In this document: one piece after another, positions 29,521 through 39,795 of the stretch
Position numbering within the stretch: the first letter of the stretch is position 1
Layout of the letters: each line of letters begins with the position of its first letter
DNA from: an uncultured delta proteobacterium
GTDB lineage: Bacteria; Myxococcota_A; UBA9160; UBA4427
NCBI GenBank assembly: GCA_963822965.1
Contig: CAWGJT010000013.1
Span: forward strand, 128,001 to 192,000
Reading direction: 5' to 3'
DNA length: 64,000 nt
The notes under the pieces: generated by a model
Told to the model about the DNA's origin: nothing
The model's input: the letters and a program-made list of their open reading frames with translations, nothing else
Database searches by the model: none
Made by a program: the position numbers and the translations under genes

Positions 29521-29897
29521 TCGGCCGCGTTGAGGCCGGAGCGATGGAAGAAGACCTCCTTGCCGTCGTCTCCCCGGATGAAGCCGAAGCCGCGGTCGCG
29601 GACCATTTTCTTGATCTTTCCCCGGCACTTGGGGCCGCTGGGGGCCTGGGGCTGCGCGGTGCCACGGCGCCGCCCGCGTCCCCGGCTGCGCCCCCGACTG
29701 CCGCCGCTTCCCCGGAACCGGTCGGTGGAGACGAACTCGTCCCGGAACAGCTGGAGCGGGACGGTGAGGTCCTGGAGACCGGTCTGCTCCGGAGAGAGGA
29801 GCACCTCGTCGTCGCCCATCTCGACCACGCTGTAGCGCAAGCCGGTGTTCTTGTGGGTCACGAACAGACCGGATTCGATCTCGTCGAGAGCAAGCAT
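29394..29897 (-). CDS. Cold-shock-domain protein with N-terminal extra domain and RG-rich linker
   Basis: GKIKKMVRDRGFGFI..EVFFHRS..GPRGARAENV. Confidence 0.88.
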   Translation of the reverse strand: MLALDEIESGLFVTHKNTGLRYSVVEMGDDEVLLSPEQTGLQDLTVPLQLFRDEFVSTDRFRGSGGSRGRSRGRGRRRGTAQPQAPSGPKCRGKIKKMVRDRGFGFIRGDDGKEVFFHRSGLNAADYDALSEGDNVEYVVQEGPRGARAENVRQAGGEEAAGAGATA

Positions 29898-30082
29898 GGC
29901 AGGACCTCACTGGTGCAGGGCGGCAGGGCACGGCGCGAACTGGTCTGCGGCCGAAGGCTGGCCCTCGGGGGAGAGAGCCGGCGGGCGGCGCAGGGTAGGA
30001 CAGAGTGCCTGTCGCGGTCAATTCGAGCGCGGCGCGGCTCTCAGTGGGCCCCTGCGGCAGACCCGGCCGCGGCGCGCAGAGC

Positions 30083-31039
30083 TCAGTAGAAGACGCTGCG
30101 GGCCCGGTGCCGGTTCCTGCGCTTGACGGTCGGGCTCTGACCACGGTTCCAGAGCACCCGGTCGAGCCCGCGCGCCGTGGCCGACGGCACGCCGGCGAGC
30201 CGGACGACCATCCGCTCGACGGCGTGCAGGGCGACGGCCCGGATCTCCACCTCCTCGGGGCTCCCCGGGACGAGCAGCTCCGCCGCGTCGATCCGGCGGG
30301 CCAGGGACGCCTCGTAGCGGAGCACCCCTTCGCAGCGCAGCACGTGGGGCACGAGGTTGTCCGCGAAGATGGTGAGATCGTCGAGATCGGCGAAGGCACC
30401 CGGGCCGCAGCCGCCGAAGGCCGTCGCGAGGTCGGCGACCGTGATCTGGCCGCGCTTGTAGAACGGCACCTCGAGGTCGTCGTATCGGGCGACGTCGCGG
30501 TAGAGGGGCATCTCGGCGAGCAGCCGGACGAGCCCCTCGGCTCGGCCTTCGGCGCGCGCGACGAGCCCCTCGAAGGAGCCGCCGCAGCGGCTCTGCAGGT
30601 AGCCGCCCAGGTCGACGAGGGAGCGGGCGAACAGCGCCATCAGCTGCGCGACCTCGGCGTGGCCCGGGTCCTGGCCGAACACCTGGCTGCAGGTCCCGGG
30701 CGTGAGCCGCGCGAGCTCCGCGGGGCTCCAGGCACCGTGGCGCTCGAAGTGGCGCCGCAGCGCGGTGGCGATGGTGAAGTAGCCGGATCGCCCCTCCGGC
30801 TTGCGCAGCACCGGAAACCAGCCCGAGCCGAAGTTCACCGCGTCGAGGGTCACGACGAAGGCGAGGGTCTCGGCGTCGCTCCCGAGGCGCACGTGGGCCG
30901 GATCGTCGGCGTCCGGCGCCTCGAGCCCGGGTGCCAGCTCCCGGGCCAGCTCCCCGGCCCGGGCGTCGTCGAGGTGGACGAAGCGGGCGCGCGCCGCCAC
31001 CTCGCGAGCGGCGGCGCGAATCTCGCCGAACAGGCTCAC
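30083..31039 (-). CDS. Queuosine salvage family protein (DUF2419/Qng1-like)
   Basis: DAVNFGSGWF, VPFYKRGQI, LTIFADNLVPHVL, EEVEIRA, HRARSVFY. Confidence 0.85.
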   Translation of the reverse strand: MSLFGEIRAAAREVAARARFVHLDDARAGELARELAPGLEAPDADDPAHVRLGSDAETLAFVVTLDAVNFGSGWFPVLRKPEGRSGYFTIATALRRHFERHGAWSPAELARLTPGTCSQVFGQDPGHAEVAQLMALFARSLVDLGGYLQSRCGGSFEGLVARAEGRAEGLVRLLAEMPLYRDVARYDDLEVPFYKRGQITVADLATAFGGCGPGAFADLDDLTIFADNLVPHVLRCEGVLRYEASLARRIDAAELLVPGSPEEVEIRAVALHAVERMVVRLAGVPSATARGLDRVLWNRGQSPTVKRRNRHRARSVFY

Positions 31040-31989
31040 CGGCCCGCGGTGGCCCCCGGTAGCCCGGCGCCGAAGAGCGTGACCGCCTTGGGCAGCAGCT
31101 CGATGCCGAGCGGCAGGGTCCCGAGGCCCTCTCCGTCCACGTCGATCCAGACCGGTGCGGTGGACGAGGACCGGGCCTCGATGCGTGCGGCGCGGTGGAC
31201 GGACACGGCGGGGTGCGAGAGATGGGTGCCCCGGTAGAGCGAGGGCAGGGCGGCGACGAGCGCCGCCCTGGACATCTCGCGGACCACGACCAGATCGAGC
31301 AGGCCGTCGTCGGGCAGGGCGTCGGGCGCGATGTGCATGCCGCCGCCGAAGTAGCGGCCGTTGGCGGCGGCGGCGAGCACCAGGGGGCCGTCGAACACGG
31401 GCACGCCGTCCGCCGCGATGGCGACCCGCGCGCAGCGGTAGCGGGCGATGCTGCCGAGGGCACCCAGCAGGAACGCGAAGCTGCCGCCCAGGAAGTGAGG
31501 CGCCCGCTCGACCAGCTCGACGGTGAGCCCGCTGAGGCCGAAGCTCGTGACGTTGAGGGACCAGGCGACGCGCTCGGCGCCGGAGGGATCGCGGTAGCTG
31601 ATCCGTGAAGCGTCGAGCCTTCGGGTGGCGCCGCGGCCGAGCGCCTCGATGGCCGCCGGCAGGTCGGCCGGGATGCCCAGGGTGCGCGGCAGGTCCCGGC
31701 CGGTGCCCATGGGCAGGATGCCCACCTGGGCCTCGTGGGCGACGCCCGCGGCGAGCAATCCGCTCACCACCTCGCTGGTGGTACCGTCGCCGCCCGCCAC
31801 CACCAGCCGCTGCACGCCTGCGCGCACCGCGTCCCGTGCGATGCGCTCCGCGTCGCGGCGGCCGAGGGTGCGCTGGACGTCGAACTCGCCCAGGGTGGCG
31901 CGCAGCTGGGGCTCCACCTCGCGCCAGCGCCGCCCCGTCGCCCCGCCGGCGCTGTGGGGGTTGATGACGACCAGCGTCTTCGCGGGCAA
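31036..31989 (-). CDS. Diacylglycerol/sphingosine kinase-family lipid kinase
   Basis: INPHSAGG, GGDGTTSE, PMGTG, NGRYFGGG, DVDGE. Confidence 0.92.
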   Translation of the reverse strand: MPAKTLVVINPHSAGGATGRRWREVEPQLRATLGEFDVQRTLGRRDAERIARDAVRAGVQRLVVAGGDGTTSEVVSGLLAAGVAHEAQVGILPMGTGRDLPRTLGIPADLPAAIEALGRGATRRLDASRISYRDPSGAERVAWSLNVTSFGLSGLTVELVERAPHFLGGSFAFLLGALGSIARYRCARVAIAADGVPVFDGPLVLAAAANGRYFGGGMHIAPDALPDDGLLDLVVVREMSRAALVAALPSLYRGTHLSHPAVSVHRAARIEARSSSTAPVWIDVDGEGLGTLPLGIELLPKAVTLFGAGLPGATAGR

Positions 31990-31995
31990 GTCGGG

Positions 31996-34269
31996 TCAGC
32001 CCTGCTCGCGCAGCAGATTCAGCGCCGAGCCGGCCCGGAACCACTCGATCTGCTCCCGGTTCAGGGTGTGCTTCACCTCGAACGAGTCCTCGCTCCCGTC
32101 GGCGTGATGCAGGGTGACCTTCAGGTTGCGGCCGGGCGCCAGGTCTGCGAGCCCGGTGACGCTCACGCGGTCGGTCTCCTGCACCTTGTCGTAGTCCGAA
32201 GGGTCCACGAAGGTCAGCGGCAGGATGCCCTGCTTCTTCAGGTTCGATTCGTGGATCCTGGCGAAGCTCCGCACGATGACCGCCGCCGCCCCCAGATGCC
32301 GCGGTGACATGGCGGCGTGCTCGCGACTGCTCCCCTCGCCGTAGTTCTCGTCCCCGACGACCACCCAGCGCAGGCCCTCGGCCTTGTAGTGCCGCGCCAC
32401 CTTCGGGAAGGACACGCCCGCCTCCCCGGACAGCTGGTCGAGGCCCTCGCCGGCCTTGCCCGTGAAGGCGTTGACCGCGCCGAGGAAGGCGTTGTCGCTG
32501 ATGTTGTCCAGGTGGCCGCGGAAGCGCAGCCAGGGACCGGCCATCGAGATGTGGTCGGTGGTGCACTTGCCCTGGGCCTTGAGCAGCAGCGGAAGCTTCA
32601 CGAAGTCCCGGCCGTCCCAGGCCGGGAAGGGCTCCAGCAGCTGGAGGCGCTTGCTGTCCGGCGCCACCTTCACGTCCACCTGCTCCGGGTCGTCCGGCGG
32701 CGCGTGGTAGCCCTGGTAGGAGATCACGAAGCCGCGTTCGGGGATCTCCGGCGCCGGGGCAGGCGCGCTGAGCACGAAGCGCGACCCGTCCGCAGCCTCC
32801 AGCTCGTCCGTGATCGGATTGAAGTCGAGGGTACCCGCGAGCGCGTAGGCGACGACCGTCTCCGGGCTGCCGATGAAGCACAGCGTGGCGGCGTTGCCGT
32901 CGTTGCGCTTGGGGAAGTTGCGGTTGTAGGACGTGATGATCGAGTTCTTCTGGCCGTCGGCCACGTCGTCCCGCTTCCACTGCCCGATACAGGGACCGCA
33001 GGCGTTGGCCAGCACGGTGGCACCGATGGCCTCGAGCGCCTCCATCTGGCCGTCGCGCTGGATGGTCAGGTGGATCTGCTCGGAGCCGGGGGAGCACAGG
33101 AGCTCCGTCTTCGAGCGCAGGCCCTTGGCGCTCGCCTGGCGCGCCAGGTCGGCGGCCCGGGACATGTCCTCGTAGGAGGAATTCGTGCAGCTCCCGATCA
33201 ACGCCGAGGAGAGCTTCAGCGGGTAGCCCTTCTCCTTCGCCTCGGAGGCGACGCGCGAGACCGGGCGTGCGAGGTCGGGGGTGTGGGGTCCGACCAGGTA
33301 GGGCTCGAGCGCCGAGAGATCGATCTCGATCACCACGTCGAAGAAGCGCCGCGGCTCGAGCACCACCTCGGGGTCGGCGCAAAGCATCAGCTCGTTCTCC
33401 CGGGCGAGATCCGCCAGCTCCTCCCGCTCCGTCGCCTTCAGGTAGGTGGCCATGCGATCGTCGAACGGAAAGATCGAGGTGGTGGCGCCCAGCTCGGCAC
33501 CCATGTTGGTGATGGTGCCCTTGCCCGTACAGCTGATGGAGGTCACGCCGGGGCCGAAGTACTCGACGACCCGGTTCGTTCCCCCCTTGACGGTGAGCTC
33601 CTCGAGCACGCGCAGGATGACGTCCTTGGGCGAGGCCCAGCCCGAAAGGGAGCCCGTCAGATGCACGCCCACCAGGTTCGGGTACAGCACCTCCCACGGG
33701 AATCCGGCCATCACGTCCACCGCGTCGGCCCCGCCCACGCCACACGCGAACATGCCCAGGCCGCCGGCGTTCGGCGTGTGCGAATCGGTTCCCAGCATCA
33801 TGCCACCCGGAAACGCGTACTTCTCGAGCACCACCTGGTGGATGATGCCTGCACCCGGCCCCCAGAAGCCGATGCCGTAGCGCGCGGAGCTGCTCTGCAG
33901 GAACTCGTAGACCTCGTGGTTGGTGGTCATGGCGGTCTGCATGTCCGCAGCCGCGCCCTGGTAGGCCTGGATCAAGTGGTCGCAGTGCACGGTGGTGGGC
34001 ACCGCCGTCTCGTTCCGACCCGACTGCATGAACTGGAGCAGCGCCATCTGGGCCGTCGCGTCCTGCATGGCGACCCGGTCCGGGCGCAGCTGGAGGTAGC
34101 TGTGGCCGGGTGAGAGATCCTGGCTCGCGGGATCGTCCAGGTGGCCCAGGAGGATCTTCTCGGCGTAGGTCAGGGGCCGCTCGAGACGGCCACGAACGAT
34201 CTCCAGCCTGCGGGAGACGTCGGCGTACACCTTCCGGACGAGGGCGGGGGTGGTTTCGATCGCGGGCAT
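31996..34269 (-). CDS. Aconitate hydratase (mitochondrial-like type)
   Basis: RPDRVAMQDATAQ, DSHTPNAGG, IGSCTNSSYED, CGPCIGQW, GSSREHA. Confidence 0.96.
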   Translation of the reverse strand: MPAIETTPALVRKVYADVSRRLEIVRGRLERPLTYAEKILLGHLDDPASQDLSPGHSYLQLRPDRVAMQDATAQMALLQFMQSGRNETAVPTTVHCDHLIQAYQGAAADMQTAMTTNHEVYEFLQSSSARYGIGFWGPGAGIIHQVVLEKYAFPGGMMLGTDSHTPNAGGLGMFACGVGGADAVDVMAGFPWEVLYPNLVGVHLTGSLSGWASPKDVILRVLEELTVKGGTNRVVEYFGPGVTSISCTGKGTITNMGAELGATTSIFPFDDRMATYLKATEREELADLARENELMLCADPEVVLEPRRFFDVVIEIDLSALEPYLVGPHTPDLARPVSRVASEAKEKGYPLKLSSALIGSCTNSSYEDMSRAADLARQASAKGLRSKTELLCSPGSEQIHLTIQRDGQMEALEAIGATVLANACGPCIGQWKRDDVADGQKNSIITSYNRNFPKRNDGNAATLCFIGSPETVVAYALAGTLDFNPITDELEAADGSRFVLSAPAPAPEIPERGFVISYQGYHAPPDDPEQVDVKVAPDSKRLQLLEPFPAWDGRDFVKLPLLLKAQGKCTTDHISMAGPWLRFRGHLDNISDNAFLGAVNAFTGKAGEGLDQLSGEAGVSFPKVARHYKAEGLRWVVVGDENYGEGSSREHAAMSPRHLGAAAVIVRSFARIHESNLKKQGILPLTFVDPSDYDKVQETDRVSVTGLADLAPGRNLKVTLHHADGSEDSFEVKHTLNREQIEWFRAGSALNLLREQG

Positions 34270-34321
34270 GGAGCCTCCAGAGGCGTGGGAGGAGGCGCCA
34301 ACGTAGCGCAGGCGCCGACGC

Positions 34322-35725
34322 TCAGCGGTGCCGGAAGCCCTCGAGCTCCGCAAACAGGTGGGCGGCGGAACGCACGGCGTTGCGGAAGTCGTCGACGTTC
34401 AGGCTCTCGTTCTCGCCATGGGCGTTGCAGATCGGATCCTCGAGCCCCAGCAGCAGGGCGGGAACATCGCCGAGAACCGACGCGAACGGCCCCACGAAGG
34501 GGATCGAACCGCCGCACCCGATGCACACCGGCTCGCGCCCGAAGCCCGCGGCCAGCGCGCGGCGCGCCGCGTCGAAGGCGGGGCCCTCGGGTCGCGTGCT
34601 CCAGCCCGGCACCGCCGTGTCGGACTCGACGTCCACCCGCACACCCCAGGGCGGATCCTGCCGGAGGAAGTCGGCGAGCAGGCCGCGGGCGCGCTCTGCG
34701 TCCTGCCCGGGGGCCAGCCGCAGACCCACACGCGCGCGCGCGACATCCATCAGCTGGTTCGCCGCCTCGGCCAGGGGGCGGCCTTCCAGCGCCGTCACGG
34801 CCAGGGCGGGACGCCGCCACAGGCGCTCCCACAGCGGAGCCTCCGCGTCCCCGGCGAGCCGCGCCGAAGGCAGGAGCCCCGCATCCGCCCGGAAGCCGGC
34901 CTCGTCGCAGGGCAGCGCCGCGAGCTGCGCGCGCAGGGCCGCGGACACGGGGGGAACGTCGTCCTGCAGACCGGGGACGGCGGGCTCGCCCCGTTCGTCG
35001 AACAGCCGGCCGAGCAGCACCGCCAGGGCGGTGGCCGCGTCCGGAACGGGCCCGCCCCACATGCCGCTGTGCAGGGGATGGTCGAGCGCGCGCACGCTCA
35101 CGTCCACGTTGACCAGACCGCGCAGACTCGTCGTGATCGAGGGCAGCCCCGCCTCGAGGTTCGCAGTGTCCGACAGCACCATCACGTCGCAGGCCAGCCG
35201 CTCGCGGTGAGCGGCGAGGAACGCTTCGAGGTGGGTGGAGCCGATCTCCTCCTCGCCTTCGACGATGATCTTCGCGTTGACGGGCGGTCCGTCGCCGGCG
35301 TCGAGCCACGCCCGGATGGCGGCGACGAAGACCAGCACCCCCGCCTTGTCGTCCACGATGCCGCGCCCGTAGATGCGGCCGTCCGCCCTGCGCGTGGGAT
35401 CGAAGGGCGGGGTCTGCCAGTGGCTCTCGCGTCCGGGCGGCTGCACGTCGTGGTGCGCATAGAGAAGGAGGGTGGGCGCGGCGGGGCCCGCACCGCGCCA
35501 CTCACCCACCACGTAGGGGTGCGCGTCCCCGATCCGCAGGAGCTCGACGGCCTCGAGCCCGAGGTCGCGAAGCAGATCGGCCACCGCCTCGGCGGAGCGC
35601 ACCACCTGCGCCGGATCGAATCCGGGTGCGGAGACGCTGGGGATGCGGGCCAACGCCTCCAGCTCGCGCAGGGTCTGCTCGAATCGCGCGTCCACGGCTT
35701 CGATCACGGCCTGCGGGGCGGGCAT
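34322..35725 (-). CDS. M20/M25/M40 metallo-dipeptidase
   Basis: YAHHDVQP, GRGIVDDK, EGEEEIGS, HSGMWGG, AHGENE. Confidence 0.93.
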   Translation of the reverse strand: MPAPQAVIEAVDARFEQTLRELEALARIPSVSAPGFDPAQVVRSAEAVADLLRDLGLEAVELLRIGDAHPYVVGEWRGAGPAAPTLLLYAHHDVQPPGRESHWQTPPFDPTRRADGRIYGRGIVDDKAGVLVFVAAIRAWLDAGDGPPVNAKIIVEGEEEIGSTHLEAFLAAHRERLACDVMVLSDTANLEAGLPSITTSLRGLVNVDVSVRALDHPLHSGMWGGPVPDAATALAVLLGRLFDERGEPAVPGLQDDVPPVSAALRAQLAALPCDEAGFRADAGLLPSARLAGDAEAPLWERLWRRPALAVTALEGRPLAEAANQLMDVARARVGLRLAPGQDAERARGLLADFLRQDPPWGVRVDVESDTAVPGWSTRPEGPAFDAARRALAAGFGREPVCIGCGGSIPFVGPFASVLGDVPALLLGLEDPICNAHGENESLNVDDFRNAVRSAAHLFAELEGFRHR

Positions 35726-35821
35726 GTCGCCAGCATAGTGTCCCGAGCCGCATCGGCGAAAGCCGCGCGAGGCCAGCGGCCGCGCTGTCGGGCCCACACG
35801 GATTGCTGGTAGCATGGCGCC

Positions 35822-36685
35822 ATGCAGCCCCGATCCATCCGCATTCCCGCCTCGGACGGCCTCAGCCTGCACGCCCTCGAGTGGAGCCGCGAGGGTGTCC
35901 CCATGATCCTGATCCACGGCTTCGGCAACGAGGCGCACATCTGGGACGACTTCGCGCCCCAGGTCGCCGGGCACTACCGGGTGATCGCCCTCGACCTGCG
36001 GGGTCACGGCGACTCGGACTGGGACCCCGAGAGCCGCTACGACTACCCCCACCACGTGGCCGACCTCGAGGCGGTGGTGAACGCGCTGGGCATCGAGCGC
36101 ATGGTGCTCGTCGCGCACTCCCTGGGCGGGCGTGTCTCGATGCTTTACGCCGGGCGTCATCCCGAGCAGCTGGCGGGGCTGGTGATCGTCGACTCGGCCC
36201 CGGAGCTGGACGTGCGCGGCACCACCCGCATCCGCATGGAGGTGGCCGAGCATCGCGACCCCGCGTTCGAGACGGTGGCCCAGTACGAGAACCTGCTGGC
36301 CCACAACTATCCCGCCGCCACCCCGGAGGCCATCAAGCGCATGGCTCGCAACGGCCTGCGACGCCGGGAGGACGGCCGCTACGTGCTGAAGATGGACACG
36401 GCCTATCGCGGGGCGAGCGGCCCGCGGCTCGACTCGGACGAGCAGGAGAGCCGCGAGGCCGAGCACGCGAAGCAGATGTGGGCCGCCCTCGAGAAGCTAC
36501 CGTGCCCGACGCTCGTCGTGCGCGGTGCGGCCTCGGACATCATGTCACCCGAAGTGGCCGATCGCATGGTGGACGAGGTGCTGCCGAGCGGAACGCTGGC
36601 CGTCGTCCCCCAGGCCGGTCACTCGGTGATGACGGACAACCCGAAGGGCTTCGCGAAGGCCGTCTGCGACTTTTGCCTCGGCTGA
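35822..36685 (+). CDS. Alpha/beta hydrolase
   Basis: IHGF, DLRGHGDS, AHSLGG, GHSV. Confidence 0.92.
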   Translation: MQPRSIRIPASDGLSLHALEWSREGVPMILIHGFGNEAHIWDDFAPQVAGHYRVIALDLRGHGDSDWDPESRYDYPHHVADLEAVVNALGIERMVLVAHSLGGRVSMLYAGRHPEQLAGLVIVDSAPELDVRGTTRIRMEVAEHRDPAFETVAQYENLLAHNYPAATPEAIKRMARNGLRRREDGRYVLKMDTAYRGASGPRLDSDEQESREAEHAKQMWAALEKLPCPTLVVRGAASDIMSPEVADRMVDEVLPSGTLAVVPQAGHSVMTDNPKGFAKAVCDFCLG

Positions 36686-36824
36686 GGGCTCTTGCCTGGG
36701 CTGAAGGCTCTTGCCTGGGCTGAAGGCTCTTGCTGGGCTGAAGGCTCTGCCTGGGCTGAAGGCTCTTGCCTGGGCTGAAGGCTCTCTGCCTGGGCTGAAG
36801 GCTCTTGCCTGGGCTGAAGGCTCT
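36673..36824. repeat. ~19-bp tandem repeat, 8 copies
   Basis: ttgcctgggctgaaggctc units with 1-nt indels; the first copy is the hydrolase 3' end. Confidence 0.95.
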
Positions 36825-36825
36825 G

Positions 36826-39498
36826 TCAGGGAGCGGTGCGGCTGCGCAGGGCGCGGCGGGCGCGCAGCTCGAGCAGGGCGGGCAGCACCACCAGGTTGCA
36901 GAGCAGGGTGAGGGCGACGCCCAGGGTCAGCAGCTGTCCCAGGCTCGCCATGCCTCGATGGGTCGCGAAGCCCAGGCTACCGAAGCTGGCGATGGTGGTG
37001 GCCGCGCTGAAGACGACCGCGTTCGCGGTGCTGGTCTGCAGCAGGCTCCCGTTCCCCGGCGGTGCGGTGCGCGCGCGATGCACCAGGTGGATGCTGGTAT
37101 CGACGCCGATGCCCAGCAGCAGGGGCAGCACGATCACGTCGGCGAAGTTGAAGGGCACCCCCAACAGCACTGCGGCGGCGGAGGTGAGCAGACCGGCCAG
37201 CGCCAGCGGCGCCAGCACCATCAGCGTGTCGCCCAGGGTTCGCCAGATGACCAGCAGGAGCAGACAGATGGCGAGGATCGCCGCCGCGAAGGCCTGCTTC
37301 AGCGACTTCACCACCTCCTGGGCCGCCGCATAGATCGAGATCGCGCTGCCGGTGGCCTTCGGGGCGACGCTGCGCACCGACTGGACGAAGCGCTCCAGCG
37401 CCGCCGGGTCCGTGAGATCCTCGCGCGGGAAGATCTGCACCCGCACCTGGCCGCTCTCCGAGATCATCCGGTCCACGAGCCCGGTGGGCAGGCCGTCGAG
37501 GGTGACCGGATCGACCGCGACCGCGCGCGACAGGAAGTCGAGCTGTCGCGAGAGGGTCGCGAGCAGGCTCTGCTCGAGGACGCGGAGGTCGGCCTCGCGC
37601 TCGGCGGGCGGCTTCGCCTCGAGCTGGTCGAGGAAGCGGTCGAGGGAGTCGAGGGCCCTCGGCGCGCCGGCGGGCACCGGGTCGCCGCTGCCGGTTCGTC
37701 CCTCACGGATGAGGAGCGCGAGCTCTTGCTGGAATCCCCGCAGCGCCTGCATCGCCTCTTCGGGGGTGGGCGGGTGGGGCTCGCCGCCCGCGCTGGGAGG
37801 CGGCGCCAGGAAGGCGGCGACGTCCTCGATGATCTCGAGCTTCTCGCCCTGGTCCGCGGGCACGTAGCTCTGCACCGTGTAGGCGTTCGCGACGGTGGGC
37901 AGCCGGGAGAGATCGGCAGCCAGCTTCTCGGCCGAGGTGAGGTCCGGGCGCACGGCGTTGAGGCTCCAGGGTGAGGTGTGCGACTGGGAGAGCAGCTCTT
38001 CGAAGGCCTGCACCGACTCGGCCGACGGATCGCGCACCAGCAGGGGATTGCGCTCGAAGTGCGCCTCCGGCAGCAGGAACAGCGCGCCCACGGTGAGCAC
38101 CAGCGCCCCCCAGCCGATGGCCCCCGGGTAGCGGGTGGGAAAGCTCGGGACGAGGTTCACCCGGGCGCGCCGGGCGGCCTTCCGGGCCTCGCCTTCCCGC
38201 ACGCCCAGGGAGAGCAGCGCGGGCAGCAGGGTGAAGGTGCAGAAGAGGCTCACGAACATGCCGGTGCCGGAGATGAGCCCCAGCTCGGCCACGCCGGAGA
38301 AGTCCGTCGGAATGAAGGCGTAGAACCCGATGGCGGTGGTGACGGCGCACAGCACCAGCGAGCTGCCCACGCGGGCGGATGCCTGCCGGAGCGCGGCGGG
38401 GTGATCGCGTCCCTCGGCGAGAGCTTCCTGGTAGCCCATGCAGAGATGCACGCCGAAGTCGATCCCGAGCCCGATGAAGAGCACCGCGAACGCGATGGAG
38501 AGCAGGTTCAGGTGGCCGACGGCGACGGCCGCGAAGGCGGCGGTGAGCACGAGCCCCACCACCAGCGTCACCAGGGCCGCCAGCACCAGGCGAACCGAGC
38601 GCAGCGCCACCAGCAAGAGCCCCGCCACCATCACAAAGGACGCGAGACCGGCGGCTCGGGCCTGGGTGTCGACCAGCTCCATCTCCTCGTAGGCGAGGGC
38701 GACGTCTCCGGTCATGCGGACGCTGACGCCGTTCTCCTCGGTCAGCCCGAGCTCCCGGGCGAACCGGTGTACCGCGGAGAGCGGCTTCTCCGCCGCCACC
38801 ACCTCGCCGAAGTCGCGGATCGGCTGGGCGAGGATCAGACGGCGCTTCTCGCCGTCCAGGGGACGTCCCGCCACCACCTCCGCCCACGAGAGGTGGTAGG
38901 GCTCGCCCGCGAGCCGGGCCTCGAGGGCTGCGTCCATTCGCTCGAGCATGGGCTCGAGGTTCGCCTCGCCCACGTCACCGTCGCGCAGGGCCCGCACCCC
39001 GCGCGCCAGCATCATCGCCAGCCCGCGCAACGTCCCGTCCCGCGCCAGGCTCGCCAGGTAGGGCTGTACCCGCGCCAGCCGATCCGCGAAGTCCTGCAGC
39101 TCCTCGGTGTCCATGTAGAGGAGCGCGTGCTCCTCGAAGAACTCGTTCTGCGGCAGGTACACCTCGCTGAACAGCTCGGGGGACGCCTCGAGCTTCTCGG
39201 CGAGGGCCGTGGCGGCCTGTTGGGCCTGCTCCTCGCTGCGAGCGTCGACGAGGATGACGATGTTCTCGTAGAGGTTGGGGAAGGTCTTCTTGTACTCGAT
39301 CTCGATGACGCGATGGGGAAGGGTGGCGGCGAAGAGGGAGTCTTCGTCGGTGTCCACCTTCAGGTGGGTGGCCGCCCAGGCACCGGCCACGACCGTCGCC
39401 AGCCCGGCGGCGACGACGATCTGCAGGCTGCGCCGCCGCACCGCATCCACCCAGCTCGGAAGGACGCGCTCGAGCCAGATCTCGATGGACCGTTCCAC
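36826..39498 (-). CDS. hpnN: MMPL/RND lipid transporter (HpnN-like)
   Basis: FAVLFIGLGIDFGVH, GVAELGLISG, NFADVIVLPLLLGIGVD, HRGMASLG. Confidence 0.85.
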   Translation of the reverse strand: MERSIEIWLERVLPSWVDAVRRRSLQIVVAAGLATVVAGAWAATHLKVDTDEDSLFAATLPHRVIEIEYKKTFPNLYENIVILVDARSEEQAQQAATALAEKLEASPELFSEVYLPQNEFFEEHALLYMDTEELQDFADRLARVQPYLASLARDGTLRGLAMMLARGVRALRDGDVGEANLEPMLERMDAALEARLAGEPYHLSWAEVVAGRPLDGEKRRLILAQPIRDFGEVVAAEKPLSAVHRFARELGLTEENGVSVRMTGDVALAYEEMELVDTQARAAGLASFVMVAGLLLVALRSVRLVLAALVTLVVGLVLTAAFAAVAVGHLNLLSIAFAVLFIGLGIDFGVHLCMGYQEALAEGRDHPAALRQASARVGSSLVLCAVTTAIGFYAFIPTDFSGVAELGLISGTGMFVSLFCTFTLLPALLSLGVREGEARKAARRARVNLVPSFPTRYPGAIGWGALVLTVGALFLLPEAHFERNPLLVRDPSAESVQAFEELLSQSHTSPWSLNAVRPDLTSAEKLAADLSRLPTVANAYTVQSYVPADQGEKLEIIEDVAAFLAPPPSAGGEPHPPTPEEAMQALRGFQQELALLIREGRTGSGDPVPAGAPRALDSLDRFLDQLEAKPPAEREADLRVLEQSLLATLSRQLDFLSRAVAVDPVTLDGLPTGLVDRMISESGQVRVQIFPREDLTDPAALERFVQSVRSVAPKATGSAISIYAAAQEVVKSLKQAFAAAILAICLLLLVIWRTLGDTLMVLAPLALAGLLTSAAAVLLGVPFNFADVIVLPLLLGIGVDTSIHLVHRARTAPPGNGSLLQTSTANAVVFSAATTIASFGSLGFATHRGMASLGQLLTLGVALTLLCNLVVLPALLELRARRALRSRTAP

Positions 39499-39795
39499 CT
39501 CGGGAAGACCCCCGCCCGCCGGAGCGTTCGTAGCCCTGCGCCCCCCGGGTGAGCCGAATCCAGCACGACGCGATGGGCAGGCCCCGCGCCCGAGTGCCCG
39601 AAATCGTTAGCAGATCGCCGCTCCGGAGACGGCAGGATCCGCCACACCGGAACCCCGCACCAGTCGGGAGATTCGCGGAGGTCCCTGAGCTACACTGCCG
39701 GCCCTCCCCCGCAAAGCGCACCGGGGTCGGGATCCCTCCCGAGCGGGTCCCGCAGAAGCCCCGAAGCGATCACCAACGGCACCCGGTATCTCGCG

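Noticed and set aside
30083..33745. Apparent long fusions (1220-aa, 1010-aa, 977-aa, 920-aa ORFs)
   Set aside because: The N-terminal parts are off-frame read-through of neighbouring genes; real starts are internal
36673..36824. ORF 36711-36911 (PGLKAL repeats) or CRISPR-like array
   Set aside because: Translation of a simple tandem repeat with no spacers
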